NCBI GenBank assembly: GCA_963803025.1
Contig: CAWDKZ010000009.1
Location: 36,616-100,615, forward strand
Length of the DNA stretch: 64,000 nucleotides
Direction of reading: 5' to 3'
Source: an uncultured Acidimicrobiaceae bacterium
GTDB lineage: Bacteria; Actinomycetota; Acidimicrobiia; Acidimicrobiales; Bog-793
The notes under the pieces are model-generated. The model ran no database searches, was not told the DNA's origin, and worked only from the letters and a program-made list of their open reading frames with translations. Positions 63,738 to 64,000 of the stretch are shown here, one piece after another (the first letter of the stretch is position 1; the number at the start of each line of letters is the position of its first letter). The position numbers and the translations under genes were made by a program.

Positions 63738-64000
63738 TCATTGGGTTGCGGTCAGGCCGCCATCGATCGTGAGAATCTGGCCGGTGATGAACGACGAGGC
63801 ATCAGAACAGAACAGCAGCACTGCCCCGATCAGGTCCTCGATCTCTCCGACACGTTTCAAGGGAACGCGACCAACGAGCTCCGCCTTGAACTTGGGGTCG
63901 TCGAGCAGCATCGCAACCTGTGGTGTGTCCACGAACGTCGGCGCGATCGTGTTGACCGTAATGCCGTACTTGGCCCACTCGGTGGCCCACTGGCGGGTCA
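63738..64000 (-). CDS. SDR oxidoreductase, C-terminal part
   Basis: EWAKYGITVNTIAPTFVDT, PLKRVG, SSFITGQILTIDGG. Confidence 0.85.
   Translation of the reverse strand, partial: TRQWATEWAKYGITVNTIAPTFVDTPQVAMLLDDPKFKAELVGRVPLKRVGEIEDLIGAVLLFCSDASSFITGQILTIDGGLTATQ

Overview
GC-rich actinobacterial DNA; gene content and order suggest Acidimicrobiia (inference). The window has three parts. (1) 1-18.3 kb is an accessory island ending at a tyrosine integrase and tRNA-Pro(GGG). It holds fragments of a tetrose/rare-sugar catabolic cluster (two DhaK-family kinases, RpiB-like isomerase, 3-epimerase, DenD-like dehydrogenase) broken up by nested IS elements (IS256, IS1634, IS21, IS1595, ISKra4, IS3, and an IS5 carrying a SEC-C passenger gene). 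(2) 19-57.4 kb is core chromosome: der, ispH, cmk-plsC fusion, aroA, aroH, rluB, scpAB, trpS, xerD, pyrG, recN, nadK, korAB, and a trpEGDCFBA operon with two unusual genes appended. One looks like a class II DAHP synthase that has lost its catalytic motifs; it is translationally coupled to a TyrA-(extra domains)-PheA fusion with a degenerate ACT domain. This pair is the best candidate for an undescribed system. (3) 57.6-64 kb holds more IS debris (including an AlkD::IS1634 fusion) and an SDR-transaldolase-(methyl)malonate semialdehyde dehydrogenase cluster. Several frameshifts in the accessory parts may be sequencing or assembly errors. All family assignments come from recognising motifs by eye, not from database searches.
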